Shown here: piece by piece, positions 1 to 16,136 of the stretch | Layout of the letters: every line of letters starts with the position of its first letter | Numbering within the stretch: position 1 is the stretch's first letter | From: Eledone cirrhosa | Lineage: Eukaryota | NCBI GenBank assembly: GCA_964016885.1 | Contig: CAXHJY010001685.1 | Coordinates: 1-64,000 of the forward strand | Reading direction: 5' to 3' | Length of the DNA stretch: 64,000 nucleotides | Translations under genes and position numbers: made by a program | Notes under the pieces: generated by a model | What the model was told of the DNA's origin: nothing | Seen by the model: the letters and a program-made list of their open reading frames with translations, nothing else | Database searches by the model: none

Positions 1-654
<654 letters not shown>

Positions 655-1147
655 GCTACAAGCAGACGACAACACATATATTTTGATATGCAAATATTAA
701 TGGAGCTTTGTTCGTATGTGTGTCTGGTTTCACGTGTCTGATAATATGTCTGTGTGTTTTGTCCTGTTGTGAAATATTGATAAGGGTACCAGACCAGTAT
801 TTTGCCTTTTAATGTTGCATATTTCCCAACAATACACTATCGCATTCTAAGCTTAATATATATAAGTATTGCTTCATTAACAAGGTCGGTCACAAACCTA
901 TTGCCTTTTATGTGGCCGTCAAGGTCGATAACATTAAGTGCCTGTAATGCACTCTAACATAACGTAGATGGTTGTTCAAAATGATTAATATGTTTTTTAT
1001 CAATGTTATAATTCCTATTCACATATTCAAAAAACAGTGGTGGAATGGAGCAGAATCGGTAGCTAGCTGACTAAAATACTTCTTTTAATATCTTGTTTCT
1101 TAATATTCAAACCAATCTGGTAGTGTCTTATCCTTCTCACTATCCAA

Positions 1148-1172
1148 GTCTAATACGTCTAATACGTCTAAT
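1148..1172. repeat. Short 9-bp tandem repeat (GTCTAATAC) x2.8
   Basis: gtctaatac gtctaatac gtctaat at 1148-1172. Confidence 0.85.
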
Positions 1173-1203
1173 TACCTCCATCAAAATATGTCTCCTTTGC
1201 AAA

Positions 1204-1268
1204 CGCCATCTATATTCTGTCGGCCGGCACTGCGGGGCGGTGAGCAGGTGATCCCATGTGCTTATAAT
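1204..1268 (+). promoter_or_regulatory. Small GC-rich patch with a promoter/LTR-like motif cluster (tentative)
   Basis: CGCCATCT (YY1-like) at 1204, CpG cluster at 1221-1240, GC box GGGGCGG at 1234-1240, E-box CAGGTG at 1245-1250 and TATAAT at 1263-1268, in an otherwise AT-rich flank. These are motif matches only. Confidence 0.2.
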
Positions 1269-2802
1269 AGTGAGAGATAGGGAGAGCAGGAGAGATGGAG
1301 CAGTGACAGTGGAAGTTTAGTGTCTTTGTGTTCGGACCTGGTGTATATGCATGGTTGATAGACACACGCTCACATTGAGGCTGTGTAGAGAAATCAGCAT
1401 TTCTACATACCAGTGAATGGAAGAATCGGACAGAGCGCTAGTCAAAAACCTTAGCGTTACCTTAGCATGTAGCATTCCGTGGTAAATAGTAGAAGTTAAT
1501 CACTGACAACCAGCACAAACCAGAAGCGGCGAATTAAAGCCCAATATTTAGTTATATTTTACTCCTAATGTATTAAAGATGGCACTACACGGGTTTTTGG
1601 TGGAGACAATGTCATTGGAGTCGGAGAGTGTCACGATATCTGCCGTATATACCAAATTATTGGAGTCATTTAAATATATTCTGTGAGCGTAAATTGAAAT
1701 TAAATTCAATGCGCAGATTACTATCTCTGACCTTTTAAACAACTTATTCGTTGATCAAGGAAGAGACACGAGCTAAAGGTGTTTCAATATTTATTAAAAA
1801 TCTCTCCAGCAACTCCCCACAGAAATATTGCACACTCAACGCACAAATACAAATATATTATATGGTTGGTTAACTCGGATGAAAAGATTTTCCCAGTTAT
1901 CGCATGTCTGTGGAGTTCGAGTAAATAATTAATCATGCGTTAACGATGACCATCTTTTGAGGTTAGACTTTAATATTTACTCAAACCAAGCCGAACTATT
2001 TCATCACTCAGGTCACCAGAAAAGAAGCAACCCATTGGGGACTTATATTCACTACGCAATTGTTTACAAAACAAAATGTTACATTTATTGTTCAAAGAAA
2101 CATTGTACTCTATCACCTAATGTTTAATGTTTAGGATGGTTGAGCAAAATATACAGCAAATTTGCAAGCTATTTCTTCAAATACGTGTCACACAGTGTAT
2201 CCCCCTTTTTTCGGTTCAACATAAGTACCAGTAGTGAATTGTCGATTATTTTGTCACTAACATTAGACATTATTTTCCTTGAGCCTACGCCAAAAATCGA
2301 TATATAGAAATGTATTCATTCAGAAAGTTTCCATTGAAATATTGTTTTCAACTAGCTGGGAATAAAGATTGTCAAAGCTATATTTGAACTGATTTAAATG
2401 CTTTATTGTGCGCGAAACTATTTAACGGTATAACACATAATTGTAACGTTTATATCAATTGCAATAGAATTAAGATCGATAAAGCAAATCATACTTCTTT
2501 ATAAATCTCCGTTAGTGCCATGATAGTTTTATTGTGTATTGTAAAATCTTGCATTCAATTACTACTCTCGTAATTTTTGGCATTTTGTTAATTCTAAATG
2601 CAGATTTAGACCCTCCTTTAAATTTAAATCTTCATGGCAACAGTATGTGCAGCAATTGCACTGTATGGCCAAGTGTGAAGAATTTGTATTTTCTCTTGTC
2701 TTAATGGCATTGACATCCTTCTGCGTGATTTCATTTCCTGTATGACGAATTTCTATAGTTTCAGTTTTGGCATCATTTGTTCCCCATTTTATAATGCACA
2801 GC

Positions 2803-5800
2803 ATGTAGAGAACACTACAGTTCTAATCTATATGTTGAGAACACTACAATACTAATCTATATGCTGAGAACGCTACAATATTAATTTCCATGTTGAGAAC
2901 ATTACAATACTAATCTATATGTTGAAAACACTACAATACCAATCTATATGTTGAGAACACTAAAGTACTAATCTATATGTTGAGAACACTAAAGTACTAA
3001 TCTATATGTTGAGAACACTACAATACTAATCTATATGTTAAGACCACTACAATACTAATCTATATGTTGAGAACACTACAATACTAATCTATATGTTGAG
3101 AACACTACAATACTAATCTATATGTTGAGAACACTACAATACTAATCTATATGTTGAGAACACTACAGTACTAATCTATATGTTGAGAACACTACAATAC
3201 TAATCTATATGTTGAGAACACTACAATACTAATCTATATGTTGAGAACACTACAATACTAATCTATATGTTGAGAACACTACAGTACTAATCTATATGTT
3301 GAGAACACTACAATACTAATCTATATGTTGAGAACACTACAATACTAATCTATATGTTGAGAACACTACAATACTAATCTATATGTTGAGAACACTACAG
3401 TACTAATCTATATGTTGAGAACACTACAATACTAATCTATATAATGAGAACACTACAATACTAATCAATATGTTGAGAACACTACAATACTAATCTATAT
3501 AATGAGAACACTACAATACTAATCTATATGTTGAGAACACTACAATACTAATCTATATGTTGAGAACACTACAATACTAATCTATATCTGGAGAACACTA
3601 CAATACTAATCTATATAATGAGAACACTACAATACTAATCTATATAATGAGAACACTACAATACTAATCAATATGTTGAGAACACTACAATACTAATCTA
3701 TATGATGAGAACACTACAGTACTAATCTATATGTTGAGACCACTACAATACTAATCTATATGTTGAGAACACTACAATACTAATCTATATGTTGAGAACA
3801 CTACCATATTAATCTATATGTTGAGAACACTACAATGCTAATCTATATGTTGAGAACACTACAATACTAATCTATATGTTAAGAACACTACAATACTAAT
3901 CTATATGTTGAGAACACTACAGTACTAATCAATATGTTGAGAACACTACAATACTAATCTATATAATGAGAACACTACAGTACTAATCTATATGTTGAGA
4001 ACACTACAATATTAACCTATATGTTGAGAACACTACAATACTAATCTATATGTTCAGAAAACTACAGTACTAATCTATATGTTGAGAACTCTACACTACT
4101 AATCTATATGTTGAGAACACTACACTACTAATCTATATGTTGAGAACACTACACTATTAATCTATATGTTGAGAACACTACAGTACTAATCTATACGTTG
4201 AGAACTCTACAGTACTAATCTATATGTTGAGAACACTACAATACTAATCTATATAATGAGAACACAACAATACTAATCTATATGTTGAGAACACTACAAT
4301 ATTAATCTCTATGTTGAGAACACTACAATACTAATCACTATGTTAACAACACTACAATACTAATCTATATGTTAAGAACACTACAATACTAATCTATATG
4401 TTGAGAACACTAAAGTACTAATCTATATGTTGAGAACACTACAGTACTAATCTCCATGTTGAGAACACTACAGTACTAATATATATGTTGTGAAAACTAC
4501 AATATTAATCTATATGTTGAGAACACTACAATACTAAATTATATGTTGAGAACACTACAATACTAATCTATATGTTGAGAACACTACAATACTAATCTAT
4601 ATGTTGAGAACACTACAGTTCTAATCTATATGTTGAGAACACTACAGTACTAATCTCCATGTTGAGAACACTACAGTACTAATATATATGTTGTGAAAAC
4701 TACAATACTAATCTATATGTTGAGAACACTACAATACTAAATTATATGTTGAGAACACTACAATACTAATCTATATGTTGAGAACACTACAATACTAATC
4801 TCCATGTTGAGAACACTACAATACTAATCTATATGTTGAGAACACTAAAGTACTAATCTATATGTTGAGAACACTACAATACCAATCTATATGTTGAGAA
4901 CACTACAGTACTAATCTATATGTTGAGAACACTACAATACTAATCTATATGTTGAGAACACTAAAGTATTAATCTATATGTTGAGAACACTACAATACTA
5001 ATCTATATGTTGAGAACACTAAAGTACTAATCTATATGTTGAGAACACTACAATACTAATCTATATGTTGAGAACACTACAATACTAATCTATATGTTGA
5101 GAACACTACAATACTAATCTATATGTTGAGAACACTACAGTACTAATCTATATGTTGAGAACACTACAATACTAATGTATATGTTGAGAACACTACAGTA
5201 CTAATCTATATGTTGAGAACACTACAATATTAATCTATAAGTTGAGAACACTACAATACTAATCTATATAATGAGAACACTACAATACTAATCTATATGT
5301 TGAGAACACTACAATATTAATCTATATGTTGAGAACACTACAGTAAAAATCTATATGTTGAGAACTATACAGTACTAATCTATATGTTGAGAACACTACA
5401 ATACTAATCTATATAATGAGAACACTACAATACTAATCTATATAATGAGAACACTACAATACTAATCTATATGTTGAGAACACTACAATACTAATCTATA
5501 TGTTGAGAACACTACAGTACTAATCTATATGTTGAGAACACTACAATATTAATCTATATGTTGAGAACACTACAGTACTAATCTATATGTTGAGAACACT
5601 ACAATACTAATCTATATGTTGAGAACACTACAATACTAATCTATATGTTGAGAACACTACAATACTAATCTATATGTTGAGAACACTACAATATTAATCT
5701 ATATGTTAAGAACTCTACAGTACTATTCTATATTTGAGAACACTACAGTACTAATCTCTATGTAGAGAACACTACAATACTAATCTATATGTTGAGAACA

Positions 5801-8115
5801 CTACAATACTAATCTATATGTTGAGAACACTACAATACTAATCTATATGTTGAGAACACTACAATACTAATCTCTATGTTGAGAACACTACAATACTAAT
5901 CTATATGTTGAGAACACTACAATACTAATCTATATGTTGAGAACACTATAATACTAATCTATATGTTGAGAACACTACAGTACTAATCTCCATGTTGAGA
6001 ACACTACAATACTAATCTATATGTTGAGAACACTACAATACAAATCTCTATGTTAAGAACACTACAATACTAATCTATATGTTGAGAACACTACAATACT
6101 AATCTATATATTGAGAACACTACAGTACTAATCTATATGTTGAGAACACTACAGTACTAATCTATATGTTGAGAAAACTACAATACTAATCTATATGTTG
6201 AGAACACTAATGTACTAATCTATATGTTGAGAACACTACAATACAAATATCTATGTTAAGAACACTACAGTACTAATCTATATGTTCAGAGCACTACAAT
6301 ACTAATCTATATGTTGAGAACACTACAATACTAATCTATATGTTGAGAACACTACAATACTAATCTATATGTTGAGAACACTACAGTACTAATCTCTCTG
6401 TTGAGAACACTACAATACTAATCTATATGTTGAGAACACTACAGTACTAATCTATATGTTGAGAACACTACAATACAAATCTCTATGTTAAGAACACTAC
6501 AGTACTAATCTATATGTTCAGAACACTACAATACTAATATATATGTTAAGACCACTACAATATTAATCTCTATTTTGAGAATACTACAATACTAATCTAT
6601 ATGTTGAGAACACTACAATACTAATCTATATGTTGAGAACACTACAGTACTAATCTATATGTTGAGAACACTACAATACTAATCTATATAATGAGAACAC
6701 TACAATACTAATCTATATGTTGAGAACACCAACACTACTAATCTATATGGTGAGAACACTACACTATTAATCTATATGGTGAGAACACTACAGTACTAAT
6801 CTATATGTTGAGAACTCTACAGTACTAATCTATATGTTGAGAACACTACAATACTAATTTAAATGTTGAGAACACTACAATACTAATCTATATATTGAGA
6901 ACACTACAATACTAATCTATATCTTGAGAACACTACAATACTAATCTATATGTTGAGAACACTACAATACTAATTTAAATGTTGAGAACACTACAATACT
7001 AATATATATATTGAGAACACTACAATACTAATCTATATCTTGAGAACACTACAATACTAATCTATATCTTGAGAACACTACTCTACTAATCTAAATGGTG
7101 TGAACACTACAAAACTAATCTATATGTTGAGAACACTACAATACAAATCTAAATGTTGAGAACACTACAATACTAATCTATATGTTGAGAACACTACAGT
7201 ACTAATTTAAATGTTTTGAACACTATAGTACTAATCTATATATTGAGAACACTACAGTACTAATCTATATGTTGAGAACACTACAGTACTAATCTATATG
7301 TTCAGAACACTACAATACTAATCATTATGTTGAGAACACTACAGGTCTAATCCATATGTTGAGAACACTACAATAGTAATGTATATGTTGAGAACACTAC
7401 AGTTCTAATCTATATGTTGAGAACACTACAATACTAATCTATATGTTGAGAAGTTTACAGTACTAATCTATATGTTGAGAACACTACAATACTAATCTAA
7501 ATGTTGAGAACACTACAATACTAATCTATATGTTGAGAACACTACAATACAAATCTATATGTTGAGAACACTACAATACTAATCTATATGTTGAGAACAC
7601 TACAATACTAATTTATATAATGAGAACACTACAATACTAATCTATATGTTGAGAACACTACAATACTAATCTATATGTTGAGAACACTACAATACTAATC
7701 TATATGTTGAGAACACTACAATACTAATCTATATGTTGAGAACACTACAATACTAATCTATATGTTGAAAAAACTACAATACTAATCTATATGTTGAGAA
7801 CACTACGATACTAATCTATATGTTGAGAACACTACAATACTAATCTATATGTTGAGAAAACTACAATACTAATCTATATGTTGAGAACACTACAATACTA
7901 ATCTATATGTTGAGAACACTACAATACTAATCTATATAATGAGAACACTACAATACTAATCTATATGTTGAGAACACTACAATACTAATCTATATATTGA
8001 GAACACTACAATACTAATCTATATGTTGAGAACACTACAATACTAATCTATATGTTGAGAACAGTACAATACTAATCTATATGTTGAGAACACTACAATA
8101 CTAATCTACATGTTG
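2803..8115 (+). repeat. Edge (monomeric) zone of the satellite: many private variants and mostly short local duplications
   Basis: One-off variants such as cagtaaaaat (5341), aacaccaacac (~6725) and acaggtctaa (7341). A local 7-mer (203-bp) duplication is marked by ctcc...atatatgttgtgaaaac at ~4454 and ~4657. Confidence 0.8.
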
Positions 8116-11100
8116 AGAACACTACAATACTAATCTATATGTTGAGAACACTACAATACTAATCTATATGTTGAGAACACTACACTATTAATCTCTATGT
8201 TGAGAACAATACAATATTAATCTCTATGTTGAGAACTCTACAGTACTAATCTATATTTGAGAACACTACAGTACTAATCTCTATGTTGAGAACACTACAA
8301 TACTAATCTATATGTTGAGAACACTACAATACTAATCTATATGTTGAGAACACTACAATACTAATCTATATGTAGAGAACACTACACTACTAATCTATAT
8401 GTTGAGAACACTACAATACAAATCTATATGTTGAGAACACTACAATACTAATCTATATGTTGAGAACACTACAATACTAATCTATATGTTAAGAACACTA
8501 CAATACTAATCTATATAATGAGAACACTACAATACTAATCTATATGTTGAGAACACTACAATATTAATCTATATGTTGAGAACACTACAATACTAATCTA
8601 TATGTTGAGAACACTACAATATTAATCTCTATGTTGAGAACACTTCAATACTAATCTATATGTTGAGAACACTACAATACTAATCCATATGTTCAGAACA
8701 CTACAATACTAATCTATATGTTGAGGACACTACAATATTAATCTCCATGTTGAGAACACTACAATACTAATCTATATGTTGAGAACACTACAATACTAAT
8801 ATATATGTTGAGAACACTACAGTACTAATCTATATGTTGCGAACACTACAATACTAATCTATATGTTGAGAACACTACAATACTAATCGATATGTTGAGA
8901 ACACTACAGTACTAATCTATATGTTGCGAACACTACAATACTAATCTATATGTTGAGAACACTACAATACTAATCTATATGTTGAGAACACTACAGTACT
9001 AATCTATATGTTGCGAACACTACAATACTAATCTATATGTTGAGAACACTACAATACTAATCGATATGTTGAGAACACTAAAGTACTAATCTATATGTTG
9101 AGAACACTACAATACTAATCTAAATGTTGAGAACACTACAGTACTAATCTCTATGTCGAGAACACTACAATACTAAGCTATATGTTGAGAACTCTACAGT
9201 ACTAATCTCTATGTCGAGAACACTACAATACTAATCTATATGTTGAGAACACTACAGTACTAATCTCCATGTTGAGAACACTACAATATTAATCTATATG
9301 TTGAGAACACTACAATATTAATCACTATGTTGAGAACACTACAATACTAATCTATATGTTGAGAACAGTACAATACTAATCTATATGTTGAGAACAGTAC
9401 ACTACTAATCTATATGTTGAGAACACTACAATACTAATCTATATGATGTGAAAACTACAATACTAATCTATATGTTGTGAAAACTACAATAATAATCTAT
9501 ATGTTGAGAACACTACAATACTAATCTATATGTTGTGAAAACTACAATACTAATCTATATGTTGAGAACACTACAATACTAATCTATATGTTGAGAACAC
9601 TACAATACTAATCTATATGTTGAGAACAGTACAATACTAATCTATATGTTGAGAACAGTACACTACTAATCTATATGTTGAGAACACTACAATACTAATC
9701 TATATGTTAAGAACACTACAATACTAATCTCTATGTTAAGAACACTACAATACTAATCTATATGTTGAGAACACTACAATACTAATCTATATGTTAAGAA
9801 CACTACAATACTAATCTATATGTTGAGAACACTACAATACTAATCTATATGTTGAGAACACTTCAATACTAATCTATATGTTGAGAACACTACAATACTA
9901 ATCTATATGTTGAGAACACTACAATACTAATCTATATGTTGAGAACACTACAATACTAATCTATATGTTGAGAACACTACAATACTAATCTATATGTTGA
10001 GAACACTACAATATTAATCTCTATGTTGAGAACACTACAATATTAATCTCTATGTTGAGAACTCTACAGTACTATTCTATATTTGAGAACACTACAGTAC
10101 TAATCTCTATGTTGAGAACACTACAATACTAATCTATATGTTGAGAACACTACAATAGTAATCTATATGTTGAGAACACTACAGTTCCAATCTATATGTT
10201 GAGAACACTACAGTACTAATCTCTATGTTGAGAACACTACAATACTAATCTATATGTTGAGAAGTTTACAGTACTAATCTATATGTTGAGAACACTACAA
10301 TATTAATCTAAATGTTGAGAACACTACACAATTATTCTCCATGTTCAGAACACTACAATACTAATCTATATGTTGAGAACACTACAATACTAATCTATAT
10401 GTTGAGAACACTACAATACTAATCTATATAATGAGAACACTACAATACTAATCTATATGTTGAGAACACTACAATACTAATCTATATGTTGAGAACACTA
10501 CAATACTAATCTATATGTTGAGAACACTACAATACTAATCTATATGTTGAGAACACTACAATACTAATCTATATGTTGAGAACACTACAATACTAATCTA
10601 TATGTTGAGAACACTACGATACTAATCTATATGTTGAGAACACTACAATACTAATCTATATGTAGAGAACACTACAATACTAATCTATATGTTGAGAACA
10701 CTACAATACTAATCTATATGTTGAGAACACTACAATAGTAATCCATATGTTGAGAACACTACAATACTAATCTATATGTTGAGAACACTACAGTACTAAT
10801 CTCCATGTTGAGAACACTACAATATTAATCTATATGTTGAGAACACTACAATATTAATCACTATGTTGAGAACACTACAATACTAATCTATATGTTGAGA
10901 ACAGTACAATACTAATCTATATGTTGAGAACAGTACACTACTAATCTATATGTTGAGAACACTACAATACTAATCTATATGATGTGAAAACTACAATACT
11001 AATCTATATGTTGTGAAAACTACAATAATAATCTATATGTTGAGAACACTACAATACTAATCTATATGTTGTGAAATCTACAATACTAATCTATATGTTG

Positions 11101-14100
11101 AGAACACTACAATACTAATCTATATGTTGAGAACACTACAATACTAATCTATATGTTGAGAACAGTACAATACTAATCTATATGTTGAGAACAGTACACT
11201 ACTAATCTATATGTTGAGAACACTACAATACTAATCTATATGTTAAGAACACTACAATACTAATCTCTATGTTAAGAACACTACAATACTAATCTATATG
11301 TTGAGAACACTACAATACTAATCTATATGTTAAGAACACTACAATACTAATCTATATGTTGAGAACACTACAATACTAATCTATATGTTGAGAACACTTC
11401 AATACTAATCTATATGTTGAGAACACTACAATACTAATCTATATGTTGAGAACACTACAATACTAATCTATATGTTGCGAACACTACAATACTAATCTAT
11501 ATGTTGAGAACACTACAATACTAATCTATATGTTGAGAACACTACAATATTAATCTCTATGTTGAGAACACTACAATATTAATCTCTATGTTGAGAACTC
11601 TACAGTACTATTCTATATTTGAGAACACTACAGTACTAATCTCTATGTTGAGAACACTACAATACTAATCTATATGTTGAGAACACTACAATAGTAATCT
11701 ATATGTTGAGAACACTACAGTTCCAATCTATATGTTGAGAACACTACAGTACTAATCTCTATGTTGAGAACACTACAATACTAATCTATATGTTGAGAAC
11801 ACTACAATACTAATCTATATGTTGAGAAGTTTACAGTACTAATCTATATGTTGAGAACACTACAATATTAATCTAAATGTTGAGAACACTACACAATTAT
11901 TCTCCATGTTCAGAACACTACAATACTAATCTATATGTTGAGAACACTACAGTACTAATCTCTATGTCGAGAACACTACAATACTAAGCTATATGTTGAG
12001 AACTCTACAGTACTAATCTCTATGTCGAGAACACTACAATACTAATCTATATGTTGAGAACACTACAGTACTAATCTCCATGTTGAGAACACTACAATAT
12101 TAATCTATATGTTGAGAACACTACAATATTAATCACTATGTTGAGAACACTACAATACTAATCTATATGTTGAGAACAGTACAATACTAATCTATATGTT
12201 GAGAACAGTACACTACTAATCTATATGTTGAGAACACTACAATACTAATCTATATGATGTGAAAACTACAATACTAATCTATATGTTGTGAAAACTACAA
12301 TAATAATCTATATGTTGAGAACACTACAATACTAATCTATATGTTGTGAAAACTACAATACTAATCTATATGTTGAGAACACTACAATACTAATCTATAT
12401 GTTGAGAACACTACAATACTAATCTATATGTTGAGAACAGTACAATACTAATCTATATGTTGAGAACAGTACACTACTAATCTATATGTTGAGAACACTA
12501 CAATACTAATCTATATGTTAAGAACACTACAATACTAATCTCTATGTTAAGAACACTACAATACTAATCTATATGTTGAGAACACTACAATACTAATCTA
12601 TATGTTAAGAACACTACAATACTAATCTATATGTTGAGAACACTACAATACTAATCTATATGTTGAGAACACTTCAATACTAATCTATATGTTGAGAACA
12701 CTACAATACTAATCTATATGTTGAGAACACTACAATACTAATCTATATGTTGAGAACACTACAATACTAATCTATATGTTGAGAACACTACAATACTAAT
12801 CTATATGTTGAGAACACTACAATATTAATCTCTATGTTGAGAACACTACAATATTAATCTCTATGTTGAGAACTCTACAGTACTATTCTATATTTGAGAA
12901 CACTACAGTACTAATCTCTATGTTGAGAACACTACAATACTAATCTATATGTTGAGAACACTACAATAGTAATCTATATGTTGAGAACACTACAGTTCCA
13001 ATCTATATGTTGAGAACACTACAGTACTAATCTCTATGTTGAGAACACTACAATACTAATCTATATGTTGAGAAGTTTACAGTACTAATCTATATGTTGA
13101 GAACACTACAATATTAATCTAAATGTTGAGAACACTACACAATTATTCTCCATGTTCAGAACACTACAATACTAATCTATATGTTGAGAACACTACAATA
13201 CTAATCTATATGTTGAGAACACTACAATACTAATCTATATAATGAGAACACTACAATACTAATCTATATGTTGAGAACACTACAATACTAATCTATATGT
13301 TGAGAACACTACAATACTAATCTATATGTTGAGAACACTACAATACTAATCTATATGTTGAGAACACTACAATACTAATCTATATGTTGAGAACACTACA
13401 ATACTAATCTATATGTTGAGAACACTACAATACTAATCTATATGTTGAGAACACTACAATACTAATCTATATGTAGAGAACACTACAATACTAATCTATA
13501 TGTTGAGAACACTACAATACTAATCTATATGTTGAGAACACTACAATAGTAATCCATATGTTGAGAACACTACAATACTATTCTATATGTTGAGAACACT
13601 ACAGTACTAATCTCCATGTTGAGAACACTACAATATTAATCTATATGTTGAGAACACTACAATATTAATCACTATGTTGAGAACACTACAATACTAATCT
13701 ATATGTTGAGAACAGTACAATACTAATCTATATGTTGAGAACAGTACACTACTAATCTATATGTTGAGAACACTACAATACTAATCTATATCATGTGAAA
13801 ACTACAATACTAATCTATATGTTGTGAAAACTACAATAATAATCTATATGTTGAGAACACTACAATACTAATCTATATGTTGTGAAATCTACAATACTAA
13901 TCTATATGTTGAGAACACTACAATACTAATCTATATGTTGAGAACACTACAATACTAATCTATATGTTGAGAACAGTACAATACTAATCTATATGTTGAG
14001 AACAGTACACTACTAATCTATATGTTGAGAACACTACAATACTAATCTATATGTTAAGAACACTACAATACTAATCTCTATGTTAAGAACACTACAATAC

Positions 14101-16051
14101 TAATCTATATGTTGAGAACACTACAATACTAATCTATATGTTAAGAACACTACAATACTAATCTATATGTTGAGAACACTACAATACTAATCTATATGTT
14201 GAGAACACTTCAATACTAATCTATATGTTGAGAACACTACAATACTAATCTATATGTTGAGAACACTACAATACTAATCTATATGTTGAGAACACTACAA
14301 TACTAATCTATATGTTGAGAACACTACAATACTAATCTATATGTTGAGAACACTACAATATTAATCTCTATGTTGAGAACACTACAATATTAATCTCTAT
14401 GTTGAGAACTCTACAGTACTATTCTATATTTGAGAACACTACAGTACTAATCTCTATGTTGAGAACACTACAATACTAATCTATATGTTGAGAACACTAC
14501 AATAGTAATCTATATGTTGAGAACACTACAGTTCCAATCTATATGTTGAGAACACTACAGTACTAATCTCTATGTTGAGAACACTACAATACTAATCTAT
14601 ATGTTGAGAACACTACAATACTAATCTATATGTTGAGAAGTTTACAGTACTAATCTATATGTTGAGAACACTACAATATTAATCTAAATGTTGAGAACAC
14701 TACACAATTATTCTCCATGTTCAGAACACTACAATACTAATCTATATGTTGAGAACACTACAGTACTAATCTCTATGTCGAGAACACTACAATACTAAGC
14801 TATATGTTGAGAACTCTACAGTACTAATCTCTATGTCGAGAACACTACAATACTAATCTATATGTTGAGAACACTACAGTACTAATCTCCATGTTGAGAA
14901 CACTACAATATTAATCTATATGTTGAGAACACTACAATATTAATCACTATGTTGAGAACACTACAATACTAATCTATATGTTGAGAACAGTACAATACTA
15001 ATCTATATGTTGAGAACAGTACACTACTAATCTATATGTTGAGAACACTACAATACTAATCTATATGATGTGAAAACTACAATACTAATCTATATGTTGT
15101 GAAAACTACAATAATAATCTATATGTTGAGAACACTACAATACTAATCTATATGTTGTGAAAACTACAATACTAATCTATATGTTGAGAACACTACAATA
15201 CTAATCTATATGTTGAGAACACTACAATACTAATCTATATGTTGAGAACAGTACAATACTAATCTATATGTTGAGAACAGTACACTACTAATCTATATGT
15301 TGAGAACACTACAATACTAATCTATATGTTAAGAACACTACAATACTAATCTCTATGTTAAGAACACTACAATACTAATCTATATGTTGAGAACACTACA
15401 ATACTAATCTATATGTTAAGAACACTACAATACTAATCTATATGTTGAGAACACTACAATACTAATCTATATGTTGAGAACACTTCAATACTAATCTATA
15501 TGTTGAGAACACTACAATACTAATCTATATGTTGAGAACACTACAATACTAATCTATATGTTGAGAACACTACAATACTAATCTATATGTTGAGAACACT
15601 ACAATACTAATCTATATGTTGAGAACACTACAATATTAATCTCTATGTTGAGAACACTACAATATTAATCTCTATGTTGAGAACTCTACAGTACTATTCT
15701 ATATTTGAGAACACTACAGTACTAATCTCTATGTTGAGAACACTACAATACTAATCTATATGTTGAGAACACTACAATAGTAATCTATATGTTGAGAACA
15801 CTACAGTTCCAATCTATATGTTGAGAACACTACAGTACTAATCTCTATGTTGAGAACACTACAATACTAATCTATATGTTGAGAACACTACAATACTAAT
15901 CTATATGTTGAGAAGTTTACAGTACTAATCTATATGTTGAGAACACTACAATATTAATCTAAATGTTGAGAACACTACACAATTATTCTCCATGTTCAGA
16001 ACACTACAATACTAATCTATATGTTGAGAACACTACAATACTAATCTATAT
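8116..16051 (+). repeat. ~7.9-kb block, copy 1 (duplicated at +13,620)
   Basis: Lines 8161, 8701, 9121, 11461, 13561 and 15961 match lines 21781, 22321, 22741, 25081, 27181 and 29581 in every comparison made. Confidence 0.9.
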
Positions 16052-16136
16052 GTTGAGAACACTACACAATTATTCTCCATGTTCAGAACACTACAATACT
16101 AATCTATATGTTGAGAACACTACAATACTAATCTAT
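15963..16136 (+). repeat. Local 87-bp (3-monomer) tandem duplication
   Basis: The variant ACACAATTATTCTCCATGTTCAG occurs twice, 87 bp apart. This lengthens the HOR unit from 1565 to 1652 bp and creates the 65-aa ORF with a doubled 29-aa sequence. Confidence 0.92.

Larger units (their letters stand above)
652..2802. other. AT-rich non-tandem spacer between the microsatellite and the satellite array; no credible CDS
   Basis: No long-range periodicity. The only listed ORFs here are 64 and 80 aa, with no motif I recognise. It may contain decayed transposon fragments, which I cannot identify without a database. Confidence 0.7.

Noticed and set aside
1148-1172. (GTCTAATAC)n as progenitor of the satellite (shares CTAAT/AATAC)
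   Set aside because: Only 5-bp AT-rich matches, 1.6 kb from the array; not distinguishable from chance.
1548-1742. 64-aa minus-strand ORF
   Set aside because: Short, with no recognisable motif; compatible with chance.
2562-2804. 80-aa minus-strand ORF with a Cys cluster (CNCCTYCC)
   Set aside because: Its start overlaps the satellite junction, the Cys spacing matches no domain I recognise, and it is short.
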